A stretch of 42,223 bases of DNA from NCBI GenBank assembly GCA_044222365.1, contig JBGANH010000001.1, positions 1 to 42,223 of the forward strand, in the 5' to 3' direction. The notes under the pieces are model-generated. The model was not told the DNA's origin. It worked only from the letters and a program-made list of their open reading frames with translations, and ran no database searches. A program made the translations under genes and the position numbers. Source of the stretch: Candidatus Eiseniibacteriota bacterium. Lineage in GTDB: Bacteria; Eisenbacteria; RBG-16-71-46. This document shows, in pieces, positions 9,638 through 19,531 of the stretch; the stretch's first letter is position 1; each line of letters starts with the position of its first letter.

Positions 9638-11059
9638 GTGCGCATTCTCTCGTGGTACATCCTCCGGCAGCATCTGGTTCCGTTTCTCCTCGGCCTGGGC
9701 GTCGTCACGTTCCTTTTCCAGATGGACGCCCTGTTCCAGTACCTCGATCTCGTGCTCAACCGCGGGGTCCCGGTCTGGGCGGTCGTCCAGATGTTCGTCC
9801 TGTCGCTCGGCTTCGTGGCGGTGCTGTCCGTGCCGTGCGCGGTGCTGGTGGCCGAACTCATGGTGTTCGGCCGCCTGAGCCAGGACAACGAGATCACCGC
9901 CCTCCGGGCGAGCGGCGTGCACCTCTTCCGGGCGATCATCCCCTCGCTCCTCGCCTCCGTCGTGCTCGCGATCGGCCTGACGCTGTTCAACAACCACGTC
10001 TATCCGGAGGTGAACCACGCCTTCGCGAACCTGCTCGTGGACATCCAGCGCATGCGCCCGACCGTCCGGCTGCAGGAAGGCGTGTTCATCACCGACCTGC
10101 CGGGCTACAACCTGCTCGTGCAGTCGGTGAACAGCCGCACGAGCGAAATGCGCGGCGTGACGATCTACCAGCTCAACAACGGCGCCACGCCGACCACGAT
10201 CCTCGCGAAGACCGGCAAGCTCAGCTACACGCCCGACGGACGCACCGCGGTGCTCGAACTGCGCGACGGCGAGATCCACGAGATCCCGGCGAGCGCCGAG
10301 GGGCCGCGCATGTACCACAAGCTGCGCTTCGAGAAGCACAAGATCTTCATCCAGGACGCGGGCGGCATGCTCGACCGCACGGTGCGCAACTCGCGCAGCG
10401 ATCGCGAGAAGAGCGCGCGAGTGCTGCTCGACGAGCGCAAGCAGATCGAGGACCAGTACGACCGTTCGCTGCTCGTGCGGCGCGAGCGATTCCAGGCCCT
10501 CGGCGTGAGCGCACGCGATCTCGAGGCGCTGGCGCCGGAACGTGCGCCGCTCGCACGGCGCCCCGGACTCTGGTGGACCGCGCTCACGCACAAGGGCTGG
10601 GCGCTCGCCCCCGTCGCGAAGAAGGTGCCCGCCCTCGCGATGGACGTGGACCTCTGGAAGCTCGAGAGCGAGTCGCTCCGCAAGCGCATCGCGGCGCTTT
10701 CGGTCGAAGTGCACAAGAAGTTCGCGCTTCCGGCCGCGTGCGTCGTGTTCGTGCTCATCGGCGCGCCGATCGGCATGCGCGTGAAGCGCGCCGGCCCGGC
10801 CGTGGCGTTCCTGTCGATCGGGTTCTTCCTCCTCTACTACGTCTGCCTCGTGGGCGGCGAGGAACTGGCCGACCGCCTGCTGCTGCCCGCGTGGCTCGCG
10901 ATCTGGCTCGCGAACATCCTGCTCGGGCTGCTCGGGATCGACCTCACGGCCCGCGCCTGCGACGTGCGGCTGCCGTGGCACCGCCGCCACGAGCACGCGC
11001 GCATCCCGGCCGGCGCCGATCCGAGTGGACGGCGCCCCGCGACGGGAGCGACGACGTGA
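9638..11059 (+). CDS. lptF: LptF/LptG-family (YjgP/YjgQ) permease, LptF-like
   Basis: GTG at 9638 is in frame with ORF 9518..11059. The sequence reads VRILSWYILRQHLVPFLLGLGVVTFLF...FGRLSQDNEITALRASGVHLFRAIIPSLLASVVLAIGLTLFNNHVYPE. A central periplasmic domain and three C-terminal TM segments are present (ALPAACVVFVLIGAPIG...). Confidence 0.8.
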   Translation: MRILSWYILRQHLVPFLLGLGVVTFLFQMDALFQYLDLVLNRGVPVWAVVQMFVLSLGFVAVLSVPCAVLVAELMVFGRLSQDNEITALRASGVHLFRAIIPSLLASVVLAIGLTLFNNHVYPEVNHAFANLLVDIQRMRPTVRLQEGVFITDLPGYNLLVQSVNSRTSEMRGVTIYQLNNGATPTTILAKTGKLSYTPDGRTAVLELRDGEIHEIPASAEGPRMYHKLRFEKHKIFIQDAGGMLDRTVRNSRSDREKSARVLLDERKQIEDQYDRSLLVRRERFQALGVSARDLEALAPERAPLARRPGLWWTALTHKGWALAPVAKKVPALAMDVDLWKLESESLRKRIAALSVEVHKKFALPAACVVFVLIGAPIGMRVKRAGPAVAFLSIGFFLLYYVCLVGGEELADRLLLPAWLAIWLANILLGLLGIDLTARACDVRLPWHRRHEHARIPAGADPSGRRPATGATT

Positions 11060-12057
11060 GGATCCTCGACCGCTACCTGCTGCGGGAGTTCACGACCTAC
11101 CTCGCGCTCGGGCTGGCCGGCTTCATCGTGATCTACGCCGTGGTGGACATCATCGAGAAGCTCGGCAGCTTCCTCGACCACCGCGCGTCCTTCGCGTTGA
11201 TCGGGACCTACTACCTGAACCTCGTGCCGAAGATCCTCGTGCAGATGATGCCCGTGGCGCTGCTGCTCGCGACGTTCCTCGCGCTCGGGCAGCTCAACAA
11301 GTTCGGCGAACTCACCGCGCTGCTGAGCGAGTTCGTGGTGCCCAAGTCGGCGCGCGAGTGCAACGACATCCTCAACCGGCGCATCCAGCAGATGTCGAAC
11401 ATGCGCGGCATCGAGCGCACGGACCTCACCTACCTCGGCCAGGGTGGACGCATCTGGTACATGCGGCTGTACATCGTGCCGGAGCGGCGCATGCACGAGG
11501 TGTCGCTGCAGGAGTTCACGCGAGGACAGCTCGTGCGCCGCATCGACGCGTCCGAGGCGACGTGGGACGGCCAGCGCTGGGTGTTCGTCTCGGGCGTCAA
11601 GCGCACGTTCGACGCGCAGGGCCACGAGGTCGCCGAGACCTTCCCGCGCCTCGCGGTGGGCGGGCTGGCCGAGCGCCCCGAGGACTTCTCGCGCGACGAC
11701 ATCCGCCCCGAGGAGATGAACTACTTCGAGCTGTCCGCGTACATCACGCGGCTGCGCTCGAGCGGCGCACGCGTGGCGAACTACCTCGTGGACCTGCACA
11801 TGAAGCTGGCGTTCCCGGTCATCTGCGTGGTCGTGGTGCTCATCGGCGGCGCGCTCGCGACGCGCATGCGCATGCAGAGCGCGGCGCTCGGCTTCGGGCT
11901 CTCGATCGCGATCGCGATCCTCTACTACGCGGTCATGCGTGCGGGCCAGGCGCTCGGGCACAACGGTGCCATGCCGCCCTACCTCGCGGCGTGGATGGGC
12001 GACATGATCTTCGGCGCGATCGGGCTCGTCATGCTGCGCGAGGCGCAGAAGGCGTAG
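11056..12057 (+). CDS. lptG: LptF/LptG-family permease, LptG-like, apparently lacking TM3
   Basis: GTG at 11056 overlaps the lptF stop (GTGA). The sequence reads VRILDRYLLREFTTYLALGLAGFIVIYAVVDIIEKL...KLAFPVICVVVVLIGGALATR...PPYLAAWMGDMIFGAIGLVML. Only the last 333 codons of ORF 8737..12057 look genuine. Confidence 0.8.
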   Translation: MRILDRYLLREFTTYLALGLAGFIVIYAVVDIIEKLGSFLDHRASFALIGTYYLNLVPKILVQMMPVALLLATFLALGQLNKFGELTALLSEFVVPKSARECNDILNRRIQQMSNMRGIERTDLTYLGQGGRIWYMRLYIVPERRMHEVSLQEFTRGQLVRRIDASEATWDGQRWVFVSGVKRTFDAQGHEVAETFPRLAVGGLAERPEDFSRDDIRPEEMNYFELSAYITRLRSSGARVANYLVDLHMKLAFPVICVVVVLIGGALATRMRMQSAALGFGLSIAIAILYYAVMRAGQALGHNGAMPPYLAAWMGDMIFGAIGLVMLREAQKA

Positions 12058-12106
12058 CGAGCGGCGCGGCACGCGGTGGGGCGCGACGCCGGAAGCGCCG
12101 GACTCC

Positions 12107-12796
12107 CTACAAGCGGAAGGCGAGCTCCACGGCGTCGAGCGTGGCGCAGAACGCGACGTCGCGCGCGAACTCGGGGCCCAGCGCGCTCAGGTACCGCGCG
12201 TGCGAGGCGCCCTCGACGCGCGCACGCGCTTCGGTCGCGTCCGCGGGCGCGAGGCGCGTGACCAGCTTTGCGGCGCCGCCTTCGAGCGCGGCGCCCTCCC
12301 GCGCGAGCGCGGCGCACAACCAGCCGGCGCACGCGGCGTCCTCGAGCGCGAAGCGCCCGAGTTTGCCCGCGCACACGACGTGCAGCCGCTCCGCGCCTCG
12401 CACCGCGCGCAGCAGCGCCGAGGCGTTCACGAACGCGCCGAGCCAGCGCGCGTCGCACCGCTCGAGCGCGAGCAGCGCGCGCGAACCGTTCGTCGAGGCG
12501 AACGCGAGCGTCCGCCCCTCGACGACCTCGCGCCCGAACTCGAAGGGCGAGTTGCCGCGATCGAATCCCGCGACGATGCGGCCCTCGCGCTCGCCGCACA
12601 CCAGCGCGCGCGGATCGCGCTCGCGATGGCGCAGCGCCTCGGCGGTGTCGCCGTAGGGCACGACGCCGGCGGCGCCGTTCGCCAGCGCGACGGTGAGCGT
12701 GGTCGTCGCGCGCAGCACGTCCACCGCGACCCCGGTCCAGCCGGGTCCGCCCGCGGCGCCGGGCGCCGGAGGCGTCAGCGACACGCGGACGATCAT
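12107..12796 (-). CDS. comB: 2-phosphosulfolactate phosphatase (ComB) family protein
   Basis: ATG at 12796. The sequence VDVLRATTTLTVALANGA...LVCGEREGRIVAGFDRGNSPFEF...FASTNGSRAL matches the ComB family pattern. Confidence 0.75.
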   Translation of the reverse strand: MIVRVSLTPPAPGAAGGPGWTGVAVDVLRATTTLTVALANGAAGVVPYGDTAEALRHRERDPRALVCGEREGRIVAGFDRGNSPFEFGREVVEGRTLAFASTNGSRALLALERCDARWLGAFVNASALLRAVRGAERLHVVCAGKLGRFALEDAACAGWLCAALAREGAALEGGAAKLVTRLAPADATEARARVEGASHARYLSALGPEFARDVAFCATLDAVELAFRL

Positions 12797-12811
12797 CGTG
12801 CGACCGGCGCT

Positions 12812-14185
12812 CTAGCCGCGCGCCGCGGCGGCTTCGGCTTCGCGCTCCTTGAACAGCTCTTCCACGAAGCGCGTGTCGATGTTGCCCGCGCGGAAGCGCG
12901 GATGACGCAGCGCGATCTTGTGGAACGGGATGGTCGTCTTGATGCCTTCGACCACCATCTCGTCGAGCGCGATCTCGGCGCGGCGGATCGCTTCGGCGCG
13001 GTCCTTCCCGTACGCGATGAGCTTGCCGATCATCGAATCGTAGAACGGCGGGATGGCGTAGCCGCCGTACACGTGGCTGTCCACGCGGATGCCGGGGCCG
13101 CCCGGCTTGTGCCAGTACGTCACCACACCGGGGCTCGGGCGGAAGCCGTGCTCGAAGTCCTCGGCGTTGATGCGGCACTCGATCGCGTGCCCTTCCCAGC
13201 GCACGTCCTCCTGCCGGAACGACATCTTCTCGCCCGCGGCGACGCGCAGCTGCTCCTTCACGAGGTCGATGCCCGTCACTTCCTCGGTCACCGGGTGCTC
13301 GACCTGGATGCGCGTGTTCATCTCCATGAAGTAGAACTTGCCGTCGGCGTCGTAGAGGAACTCCATCGTGCCGGCGTTGCGGTAGCCGATGCTCGCGGCG
13401 CCGCGCGCGGCGAGCGCGCCGATCTCGACGCGCTGCTCCGGCGTGAGGATCGAGCTGGGCGCCTCCTCGATCAGCTTCTGGTGGTTGCGCTGCACGGAGC
13501 ACTCGCGCTCGCCGAGGTGCACGACGTTGCCCTCGCCGTCGCCGAACAGCTGGAACTCGATGTGGCGCGGTTGCACGATGTACTTCTCGACGTAGACCGC
13601 GCTGTTGTTGAACGCGGCCCCGGCCTCCGCCTGCGCGATGCCGAAGCCCGCGCGCAGCTGGCGTTCGTCCCACGCGATGCGCATGCCGCGGCCGCCGCCG
13701 CCGGCGCTCGCCTTCACGATCACGGGGAAGCCGATCGACTTCGCGATCGCGACGGCCTCCTCGATGTCCTCGATGATGCCGTCGGAGCCGGGCACCATGG
13801 GCAGGCCCGCGGCCTTCATCGTGCGCTTGGCCTCGGCCTTGTCGCCCATGCGCCGGATCATCTCCGGCGTCGGACCGATGAACGTGAAGCCGCTGGCGCC
13901 GCACACTTCGGCGAAGTGCGCGTTCTCGGACAGGAAGCCGTACCCCGGATGGATGGCCTCGGCGCCCGTCACTTCGGCGGCCGAGATCACACGGGCGATG
14001 TAGTTGTACGACTGCGCCGGCGCGGGCGGCCCGATGCAGACGGACTCGTCCGCGAGGCGCACGTGCATGCTGTCGCGGTCGGCCGTGCTGAAGACGGCGA
14101 CCGTGGCGATGTCGAGTTCCTTGCAGGCGCGGATCACGCGGAGCGCGATCTCGCCGCGATTGGCGATCAGGATCTTTCGGAACAT
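12812..14185 (-). CDS. accC: Acetyl-CoA carboxylase, biotin carboxylase subunit
   Basis: [53 protein letters not shown]...[17 protein letters not shown]...[15 protein letters not shown]. Unmistakable AccC. Confidence 0.97.
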   Translation of the reverse strand: MFRKILIANRGEIALRVIRACKELDIATVAVFSTADRDSMHVRLADESVCIGPPAPAQSYNYIARVISAAEVTGAEAIHPGYGFLSENAHFAEVCGASGFTFIGPTPEMIRRMGDKAEAKRTMKAAGLPMVPGSDGIIEDIEEAVAIAKSIGFPVIVKASAGGGGRGMRIAWDERQLRAGFGIAQAEAGAAFNNSAVYVEKYIVQPRHIEFQLFGDGEGNVVHLGERECSVQRNHQKLIEEAPSSILTPEQRVEIGALAARGAASIGYRNAGTMEFLYDADGKFYFMEMNTRIQVEHPVTEEVTGIDLVKEQLRVAAGEKMSFRQEDVRWEGHAIECRINAEDFEHGFRPSPGVVTYWHKPGGPGIRVDSHVYGGYAIPPFYDSMIGKLIAYGKDRAEAIRRAEIALDEMVVEGIKTTIPFHKIALRHPRFRAGNIDTRFVEELFKEREAEAAAARG

Positions 14186-14213
14186 GGGCGGCGGAAGGGG
14201 TCCGGCTCGGTTC

Positions 14214-15386
14214 CTACTCCTTGGTCATCCAGTCGGGACGGGAAGCGCCGCCGGTGGCCTGCGCGTCGCTCCTGTCGTTCGACGCGGCGTCGACCGGCTG
14301 CCACATGCGGTCGCTCGTCGCCGAGATGCCCTTGAGCTTGAGTCCGAGTTCGTTCGGGTTGTTGCAGTTCCGGAGCGCTTCTTCCTCGGTGATGAGCCCC
14401 TCGCGCAGCAGCGCCAGCACGGACTGGTCGAACGTCTGCATGCCGTACTGCGTGACGCCCTCCGCCACCACGGTGTGGATGAGCGGGATCTTCTCGGGGT
14501 TGAGGATGTACTCGCGGATGGTCGGAGTGCTCACCATGACTTCGCACGCAGGCACGCGGCCCGCGCCGTCGCGCCTCGGGATGAGGCGCTGCGAGATCAC
14601 GGCACGCAGGTTCGCCGCCAGCGACATGCGGATTTCGTCGTGCTGGTGCGGCGGGTAGAACGAGATGATGCGCTGCAGGCTCTGCACCACGTCCGTGGTG
14701 TGGAGCGTGGACATCACGAGATGCCCGGTGTCCGCCGCCATGAGCGCCGTGCTCATGGTCTCGAGGCTGCGGATTTCGCCGACGAGGATGATGTCGGGAT
14801 CCTGGCGCAGCACGTAGCGCAGGCCGTCGTGGAACGACTGCGTGTCGAGACCGACCTCGCGCTGGTGGATGAACGACAGCCGGTCGCGGTGGAGGAACTC
14901 GATCGGGTCCTCGACCGTGATCACGTTGCGCGTCGTCGTGCGGTTGATCTGGTCGATCATCGCCGCGAGCGTCGTGGACTTGCCCGAGCCGGTGCGGCCC
15001 GTGACCAGCACGAGTCCGCGGGGCGAGAACGCGAGGTCGCGCACGACCGGCGGCAGGCCGAGATCGTCGAGCGTCGGCACCTCGACGGGCACGTGACGGA
15101 GCGCCATGGCGGGTGTGCCGCGCTGCATGAAGACGTTGGCGCGGAATCGCGCGAGGCCGGCGACGCCGAAGGCGAAGTCGATCTCGCTGTGCGACGAGAA
15201 GTACACGCGCTGCTCCTCGTTGAGGAGCTGGTTCGCGACTTCGCGCAGGTCCTGCGCGCTGGGCGCGGGTTCGTCGAGCGTGTAGAGCACGCCGTCCACG
15301 CGCACGACGGGAGGAGTGCCGGCCTTCAGGTGCAGGTCGCTCGCCCGAGCCGCGATCATCTTCTCGAGCACGCCACGGATGTTCAT
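14214..15386 (-). CDS. pilT: PilT/PilU-family type IV pilus retraction ATPase
   Basis: [18 protein letters not shown], Walker [29 protein letters not shown], Walker B / Asp box [14 protein letters not shown], His box [11 protein letters not shown]. There is a ~45-aa C-terminal extension relative to typical PilT. Confidence 0.9.
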   Translation of the reverse strand: MNIRGVLEKMIAARASDLHLKAGTPPVVRVDGVLYTLDEPAPSAQDLREVANQLLNEEQRVYFSSHSEIDFAFGVAGLARFRANVFMQRGTPAMALRHVPVEVPTLDDLGLPPVVRDLAFSPRGLVLVTGRTGSGKSTTLAAMIDQINRTTTRNVITVEDPIEFLHRDRLSFIHQREVGLDTQSFHDGLRYVLRQDPDIILVGEIRSLETMSTALMAADTGHLVMSTLHTTDVVQSLQRIISFYPPHQHDEIRMSLAANLRAVISQRLIPRRDGAGRVPACEVMVSTPTIREYILNPEKIPLIHTVVAEGVTQYGMQTFDQSVLALLREGLITEEEALRNCNNPNELGLKLKGISATSDRMWQPVDAASNDRSDAQATGGASRPDWMTKE

Positions 15387-15438
15387 GCCGCCCCCATCAG
15401 GTGCGGCGCCGCGAAACGGCGCCGTCGATGCCGGCTCG

Positions 15439-15999
15439 TCAGGCCGGTTCCACCAGGAAGAGCTTCTGACCGAACTCCACGGGCTGTGCGTTCTCGACCA
15501 GGATCTGGACCACGCGCCCCTTGAACTCGGACTCGATCTCGTTCATGAGCTTCATGGCTTCGATGATGCAGACGGTCTGGCCGAGGTCGACGCTGTCCCC
15601 GTTCTCGACGAACGGATCGGCGTCGGGTGCGGGCGAACGGTAGAAGGTTCCCACCATCGGCGACGTGATGGCCTTGAGCTTGTCGTTCGCGGCGGGCGCC
15701 GGCGCGGCGGCGGCCGGAGCCGCGGCCGGTGCCGCTTCCGCGGCACGGACGGGAGCCGGAGCGCTCACCGCGTAGGTGGCGGCCGGTGCATGACCGGTCG
15801 CCGAGATCCGCACCGAACGGCCGCCCGAGGTCAACTCGAGCTCGCCGATGCCGGTGCGCTGGACCAGCTTGATGAGCTGACGGAGCTCACCCATCTCGAA
15901 GCCGGCAACCGACGCACCAGCAGGCTTATCGGCCTTCTCCATGGCGGGCTTCACGCCCTTGCCGCGCGCGGACGCGCTCTTCTTCCTAGGACTGGCCAT
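15439..15999 (-). CDS. accB: Acetyl-CoA carboxylase biotin carboxyl carrier protein (BCCP)
   Basis: The biotinyl domain is [48 protein letters not shown], containing the AMKLM biotinylation motif, preceded by an Ala/Pro linker. The start is ambiguous. ATG at 15999 overlaps the aroQ stop by 14 nt. ATG at 15942 (MEKADKP...) is the alternative. Confidence 0.9.
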   Translation of the reverse strand: MASPRKKSASARGKGVKPAMEKADKPAGASVAGFEMGELRQLIKLVQRTGIGELELTSGGRSVRISATGHAPAATYAVSAPAPVRAAEAAPAAAPAAAAPAPAANDKLKAITSPMVGTFYRSPAPDADPFVENGDSVDLGQTVCIIEAMKLMNEIESEFKGRVVQILVENAQPVEFGQKLFLVEPA

Positions 16000-16432
16000 G
16001 GGACAGGTGCTGGTGGAGGGCGCGAAGACCCAGGAGATAGCTGTCCACACCGAATCCCTGCACCGTCCCGAGCGCGACGCCCGAGATGAGGGAGGTGTGG
16101 CGGAACTCTTCCCGCGTGAGCGGATTGGACACGTGCACCTCGACGGTCGGTAGGCCGGCTCCCCGAACCGCGTCGCGGAGTGCGACGCTCGTGTGGGTGA
16201 GACCGCCCGGATTGATCACGACACCGTGGAAGCGGCCGCGCGCTTGATACAGCGCGTCGATCAGCAGCCCCTCGTGATTGCTGTGGAAGAACTCGACTTC
16301 GGAACCGAGCTCGCGGGCGAGCGCCGTGAGGCGCGTTTCGACGTCCGCCAGCGTGACACGGCCATACACCTCGGGCTCGCGGGTGCCGAGTGCGTGCAGG
16401 TTGGGTCCGTGAAGGATCAGGATGCGGGGCAT
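15986..16432 (-). CDS. aroQ: Type II 3-dehydroquinate dehydratase
   Basis: ATG at 16432. [24 protein letters not shown]...[12 protein letters not shown]...[17 protein letters not shown]...VEVHVSNP. Confidence 0.93.
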   Translation of the reverse strand: MPRILILHGPNLHALGTREPEVYGRVTLADVETRLTALARELGSEVEFFHSNHEGLLIDALYQARGRFHGVVINPGGLTHTSVALRDAVRGAGLPTVEVHVSNPLTREEFRHTSLISGVALGTVQGFGVDSYLLGLRALHQHLSHGQS

Positions 16433-16454
16433 CGTGGCAGTCACCGGACGGGCG

Positions 16455-17561
16455 TCAACCGCGCGCGCCGGCGTGCAGCAACGCGGCACGCACGAGCGAG
16501 TGATCAATGGCGCGCGGCACGCTAGCAACTCCGATTTGGGGCGTCAACACCCAGCGGGTCTTGCCGTTCGCGCTCTTCTTGTCGTTCGTCATCGCGGCCA
16601 GAAGCGCACGCAGCGGCAGGCGCGGCATGGTCACCGGCAGCCCCAGGTGGTCGAGCGCCGCCTCGAGCCGCGTGCGCGACTCGGCCGAAAGTCCGGCCGC
16701 CCGCTGGCTCAGTTCGGCCGCGGCTCGCATGCCGATCGCGACCGCCTCGCCGTGCAGCAGGCCGCGGTAGCCGAGCGCCGCTTCGATCGCGTGCCCGAGC
16801 GTGTGCCCGAAGTTGAGCGCCGTGCGCCCACCCCCTTCGCGCTCGCGCTCGTCCGCCATCACCACCGCCGCCTTCACCCGGATCGCCCGCTCGACCGCAC
16901 CGGCGAGCGCCCCGCCCTCGCCGTCGGCGAGCGCGTCGAGGTTGCGCTCGACCCACGCGAACAGCTTCGCGTCCACGGCGAAACCCTTCTTCACGACCTC
17001 GGCCAGGCCGGCACGTACGTGACGCGCGCTCAAGGTCGCGAGCGTCGCCGGATCCACGAGCACGCCCGCGGGCTGGTGGAACGCGCCGACGAGGTTCTTG
17101 CCCGCGGGCACGTCGATCGCGGTCTTGCCGCCGATGCTGCTGTCCACCTGTGCGAGCACGGTGGTCGGCACGCACACCCAGGCGACGCCGCGCAGCCAGG
17201 TGGCCGCGGCGAAGCCCGCGAGATCGCCGACCACGCCACCGCCCAGCGCGACGACCGCGTCGGCGCGAGAGAGCGGCACGGAGGCGAACGCGTTCCACAG
17301 ACGTGCGAGCTGCGTGGCGCTCTTGGCGCGCTCGCCCGCGCTCACGCGCACCACGGCCGCGCCGATGCCGGCGGCGCGCAGCGAGCGCACGGCCGCGCGT
17401 TCGTAGAGCGGGCCGACGTTCGTGTCCGTGACGACCACGGCGCGCGAGGCGCCCGTCGTCGCGGCGGTGAACGTCCCGAGCGAGGCCAACGCGCCCGCGC
17501 CGATACGCACACGCGAACGGACGGGAGTGCCGGGATAGCGGAGTACGAGGTCGCTCTTCAC
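16455..17561 (-). CDS. aroB: 3-dehydroquinate synthase
   Basis: ALGGGVVGDLAGFAAATWLRGVAWVCVPTTVLAQVDSSIGGKTAID...KNLVGAFHQP...LNFGHTLGHAIE...HGEAVAIGM. The start is uncertain. GTG at 17561 is preferred, and the ATG at 17591 is also in frame. Confidence 0.9.
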   Translation of the reverse strand: MKSDLVLRYPGTPVRSRVRIGAGALASLGTFTAATTGASRAVVVTDTNVGPLYERAAVRSLRAAGIGAAVVRVSAGERAKSATQLARLWNAFASVPLSRADAVVALGGGVVGDLAGFAAATWLRGVAWVCVPTTVLAQVDSSIGGKTAIDVPAGKNLVGAFHQPAGVLVDPATLATLSARHVRAGLAEVVKKGFAVDAKLFAWVERNLDALADGEGGALAGAVERAIRVKAAVVMADEREREGGGRTALNFGHTLGHAIEAALGYRGLLHGEAVAIGMRAAAELSQRAAGLSAESRTRLEAALDHLGLPVTMPRLPLRALLAAMTNDKKSANGKTRWVLTPQIGVASVPRAIDHSLVRAALLHAGARG

Positions 17562-17619
17562 GCGGCGCACCCTACACCAGCGGGCAGGCACGCGCTCATG
17601 CGCGCGTGGGCTCCGCGCT

Positions 17620-18909
17620 TCAGCGGACGGAGTCCTGCGTGCCGCGCAGGCGGTCGAGTTCGCGGTTCAACCGGCGGATTTCGTCCTCGATGCCCTTGAT
17701 GCGCGTCGTACCCGCGCCCGCGGCCCCGGCGGCGACCGGCGTGTCGTCCCCTTCGACGCGCATCCACGAAGGAATCGTCTCGCGCGATTCGCCGATGGCG
17801 ACGCGCCCCGTGCGCTGCATGTCGTTCCGCGCCCAGACGAGCGTCACCACGGTGCCGGGAGGAGTGGCGGCGACCCAGCGCGCGAGCTGCTCGGGATACT
17901 CCACACGCTCTCCGTCGTAGGCGACGATGAGATCACCCTTGCGCAGCCCGGCCTTCTCGGCCGGACCACCGGGCTGCGTCGCCTCGACGATCGCGCCGAT
18001 GGGGATGCGGACCCCGGGCTCCGACTCGCTCTCGACGAAGGCGCCGCGCGTGGACACGCCGAAGTAGCCGAGGTGCACGCGTCCTTCCGCCTTCAGGCTG
18101 CGGTGCACGGGCACGATGTCCTCGGACGGGATGACGAAGCTCATGCCGCTCGGCCGCCGTTCGCTGTCCGCGCCGCGGCGACCGGGCGCCTCGGGCGCGC
18201 CGAGTTCACCCTGCACGAGGCCGACGAGTTCGCCGCGCGTGTTGAGCGCCGCGCCGCCGCTGTTGCCGGGGAACACTTCGTTCGTGAGCTGCAGCAGGCT
18301 CGTGCGCGGCTCGCGGTAGCGCGACGAGACGTGCCCGACCGACTGGGTCGGCTGCGCGCGATACGAACTGCCGAGCGTGACCACCCAGTCGCCGAGCTGC
18401 GGCGGCCGGCTGGCGAAGCGCACCGGCGACAGCTGCAACCGCGGCGCGCGCAGCAGCGCGATGTTGCGGATCGGGTCCATGCCCGCGACCACGGCCTCGA
18501 CCTGCAGGCCGTTGTCGGTGATCACGAAGACCTTGTTCGAGCCGAGCACGACGCTGGCGGTGGTGAGGATCTCGTCGGTTCCGACCGCGACGCCCGAGCC
18601 CATGCGGCTGTGCGTGCGGCGCGAAGGCGCCTGCCCCGCGGTGCGCGAACGGGTGGTGACCGTGCGCTGCGCGACCACCGTGAGCATCGAGGGACGCGCG
18701 CGCTTCACGAGCGCGTCCACGTCCACCTCGACCGCGGTCACCGCGCCCTGCGCGCGCGCCTCGCGCGGCAGCGGGCCCAGGGCGCCGACGGCGCCGAACG
18801 CACACAGCGCCGCGACGAGCACGATGCCGAACACACCGAAGCGCGGGCGGCCCGTCGTGCGGTCCGTCCGCGCCTCGGCGCGGTGTGGCTGGAAGAAATG
18901 TGGAAGCAT
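17620..18909 (-). CDS. Membrane-anchored HtrA/DegP-like trypsin-fold protein with PDZ domain and C-terminal coiled coil; catalytic His and Asp substituted
   Basis: ATG at 18909 (MLPHFFQ...). The TM anchor is FGVFGIVLVAALCAFGAVGAL. The trypsin-fold blocks are GSGVAVGTDEILTTASVV, DPIRNIALLRAP and FPGNSGGAALNTRGELVGLV. The PDZ-like block is GAIVEATQPGGPAEKAGLRKGDLIVAYDG. The tail is IKGIEDEIRRLNRELDRLRG. Confidence 0.8.
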   Translation of the reverse strand: MLPHFFQPHRAEARTDRTTGRPRFGVFGIVLVAALCAFGAVGALGPLPREARAQGAVTAVEVDVDALVKRARPSMLTVVAQRTVTTRSRTAGQAPSRRTHSRMGSGVAVGTDEILTTASVVLGSNKVFVITDNGLQVEAVVAGMDPIRNIALLRAPRLQLSPVRFASRPPQLGDWVVTLGSSYRAQPTQSVGHVSSRYREPRTSLLQLTNEVFPGNSGGAALNTRGELVGLVQGELGAPEAPGRRGADSERRPSGMSFVIPSEDIVPVHRSLKAEGRVHLGYFGVSTRGAFVESESEPGVRIPIGAIVEATQPGGPAEKAGLRKGDLIVAYDGERVEYPEQLARWVAATPPGTVVTLVWARNDMQRTGRVAIGESRETIPSWMRVEGDDTPVAAGAAGAGTTRIKGIEDEIRRLNRELDRLRGTQDSVR

Positions 18910-18919
18910 GTCCGTCGGG

Positions 18920-19531
18920 CTAGAACGTGATGACGGCTTGTTCGCCCTGGACTCCCTCCGGCAGGTTCGACACCGCCACGGCACGGCCACGGCGCACCTG
19001 CACCGGGTCGAGCACGAAGTCGATGTCCTCGCTGTGATCGAACAGGTTGTCGGCGACGGTCGTACCGGCACCCGCGGCGGGAGCGGTCGCGGCGGTCTCC
19101 GGCGTCACCGGAGCCGTGGCGGCGTTCGGCACCGCGGCCACGAGCCGGGGCGCGGCGACCGTGCCCGGACGCTGCGCGAGCAGCGGCGAGCCCGGCATGC
19201 GGGTCACGTACGGCAGCAGCGCCAGGACGGCGAGCAGCACGGCGGCCGCGGCGGCGACCGGCGCCCAGCGCGGAGTCTCGCGCACGAAGATGCGGTCGGG
19301 CTCGGGTGCACGGCGCCTGGCCTCGGCCAGCGCTCGCTCGGCGAGATCCGGTGCGGCCTCGGCGCGCGGCAGCTCCTGCACCATCTCGAGCGCGCGCGAG
19401 TACGTCTCGTACTCGGAGCGGCAGGCGGCGCAGTCGCGGAAATGGCCTTCCAGCCAATCGCGCTCGGCACGGGTGATTTCGTCGTCCCAGAAAGCCCCGA
19501 AAAGGTCGTGGGCCCGGGTGCAGTGGCTCAT
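18920..19531 (-). CDS. Anti-sigma factor (zf-HC2 type), single-pass membrane protein
   Basis: ATG at 19531 overlaps the sigma gene stop (ATGA). The HxxxCxxC motif is present in LEGHFRDCAACRSEY. The TM segment is WAPVAAAAAVLLAVLALLPYV. It lies directly downstream of the ECF sigma gene. Confidence 0.75.
   Translation of the reverse strand: MSHCTRAHDLFGAFWDDEITRAERDWLEGHFRDCAACRSEYETYSRALEMVQELPRAEAAPDLAERALAEARRRAPEPDRIFVRETPRWAPVAAAAAVLLAVLALLPYVTRMPGSPLLAQRPGTVAAPRLVAAVPNAATAPVTPETAATAPAAGAGTTVADNLFDHSEDIDFVLDPVQVRRGRAVAVSNLPEGVQGEQAVITF

Noticed and set aside
8737-12057. 1106-aa plus-strand ORF spanning the sprA 5' end, lptF and lptG
   Set aside because: Only its last 333 codons (from GTG 11056) read as LptG. 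The upstream part is junk overlapping sprA (opposite strand) and lptF (other frame).
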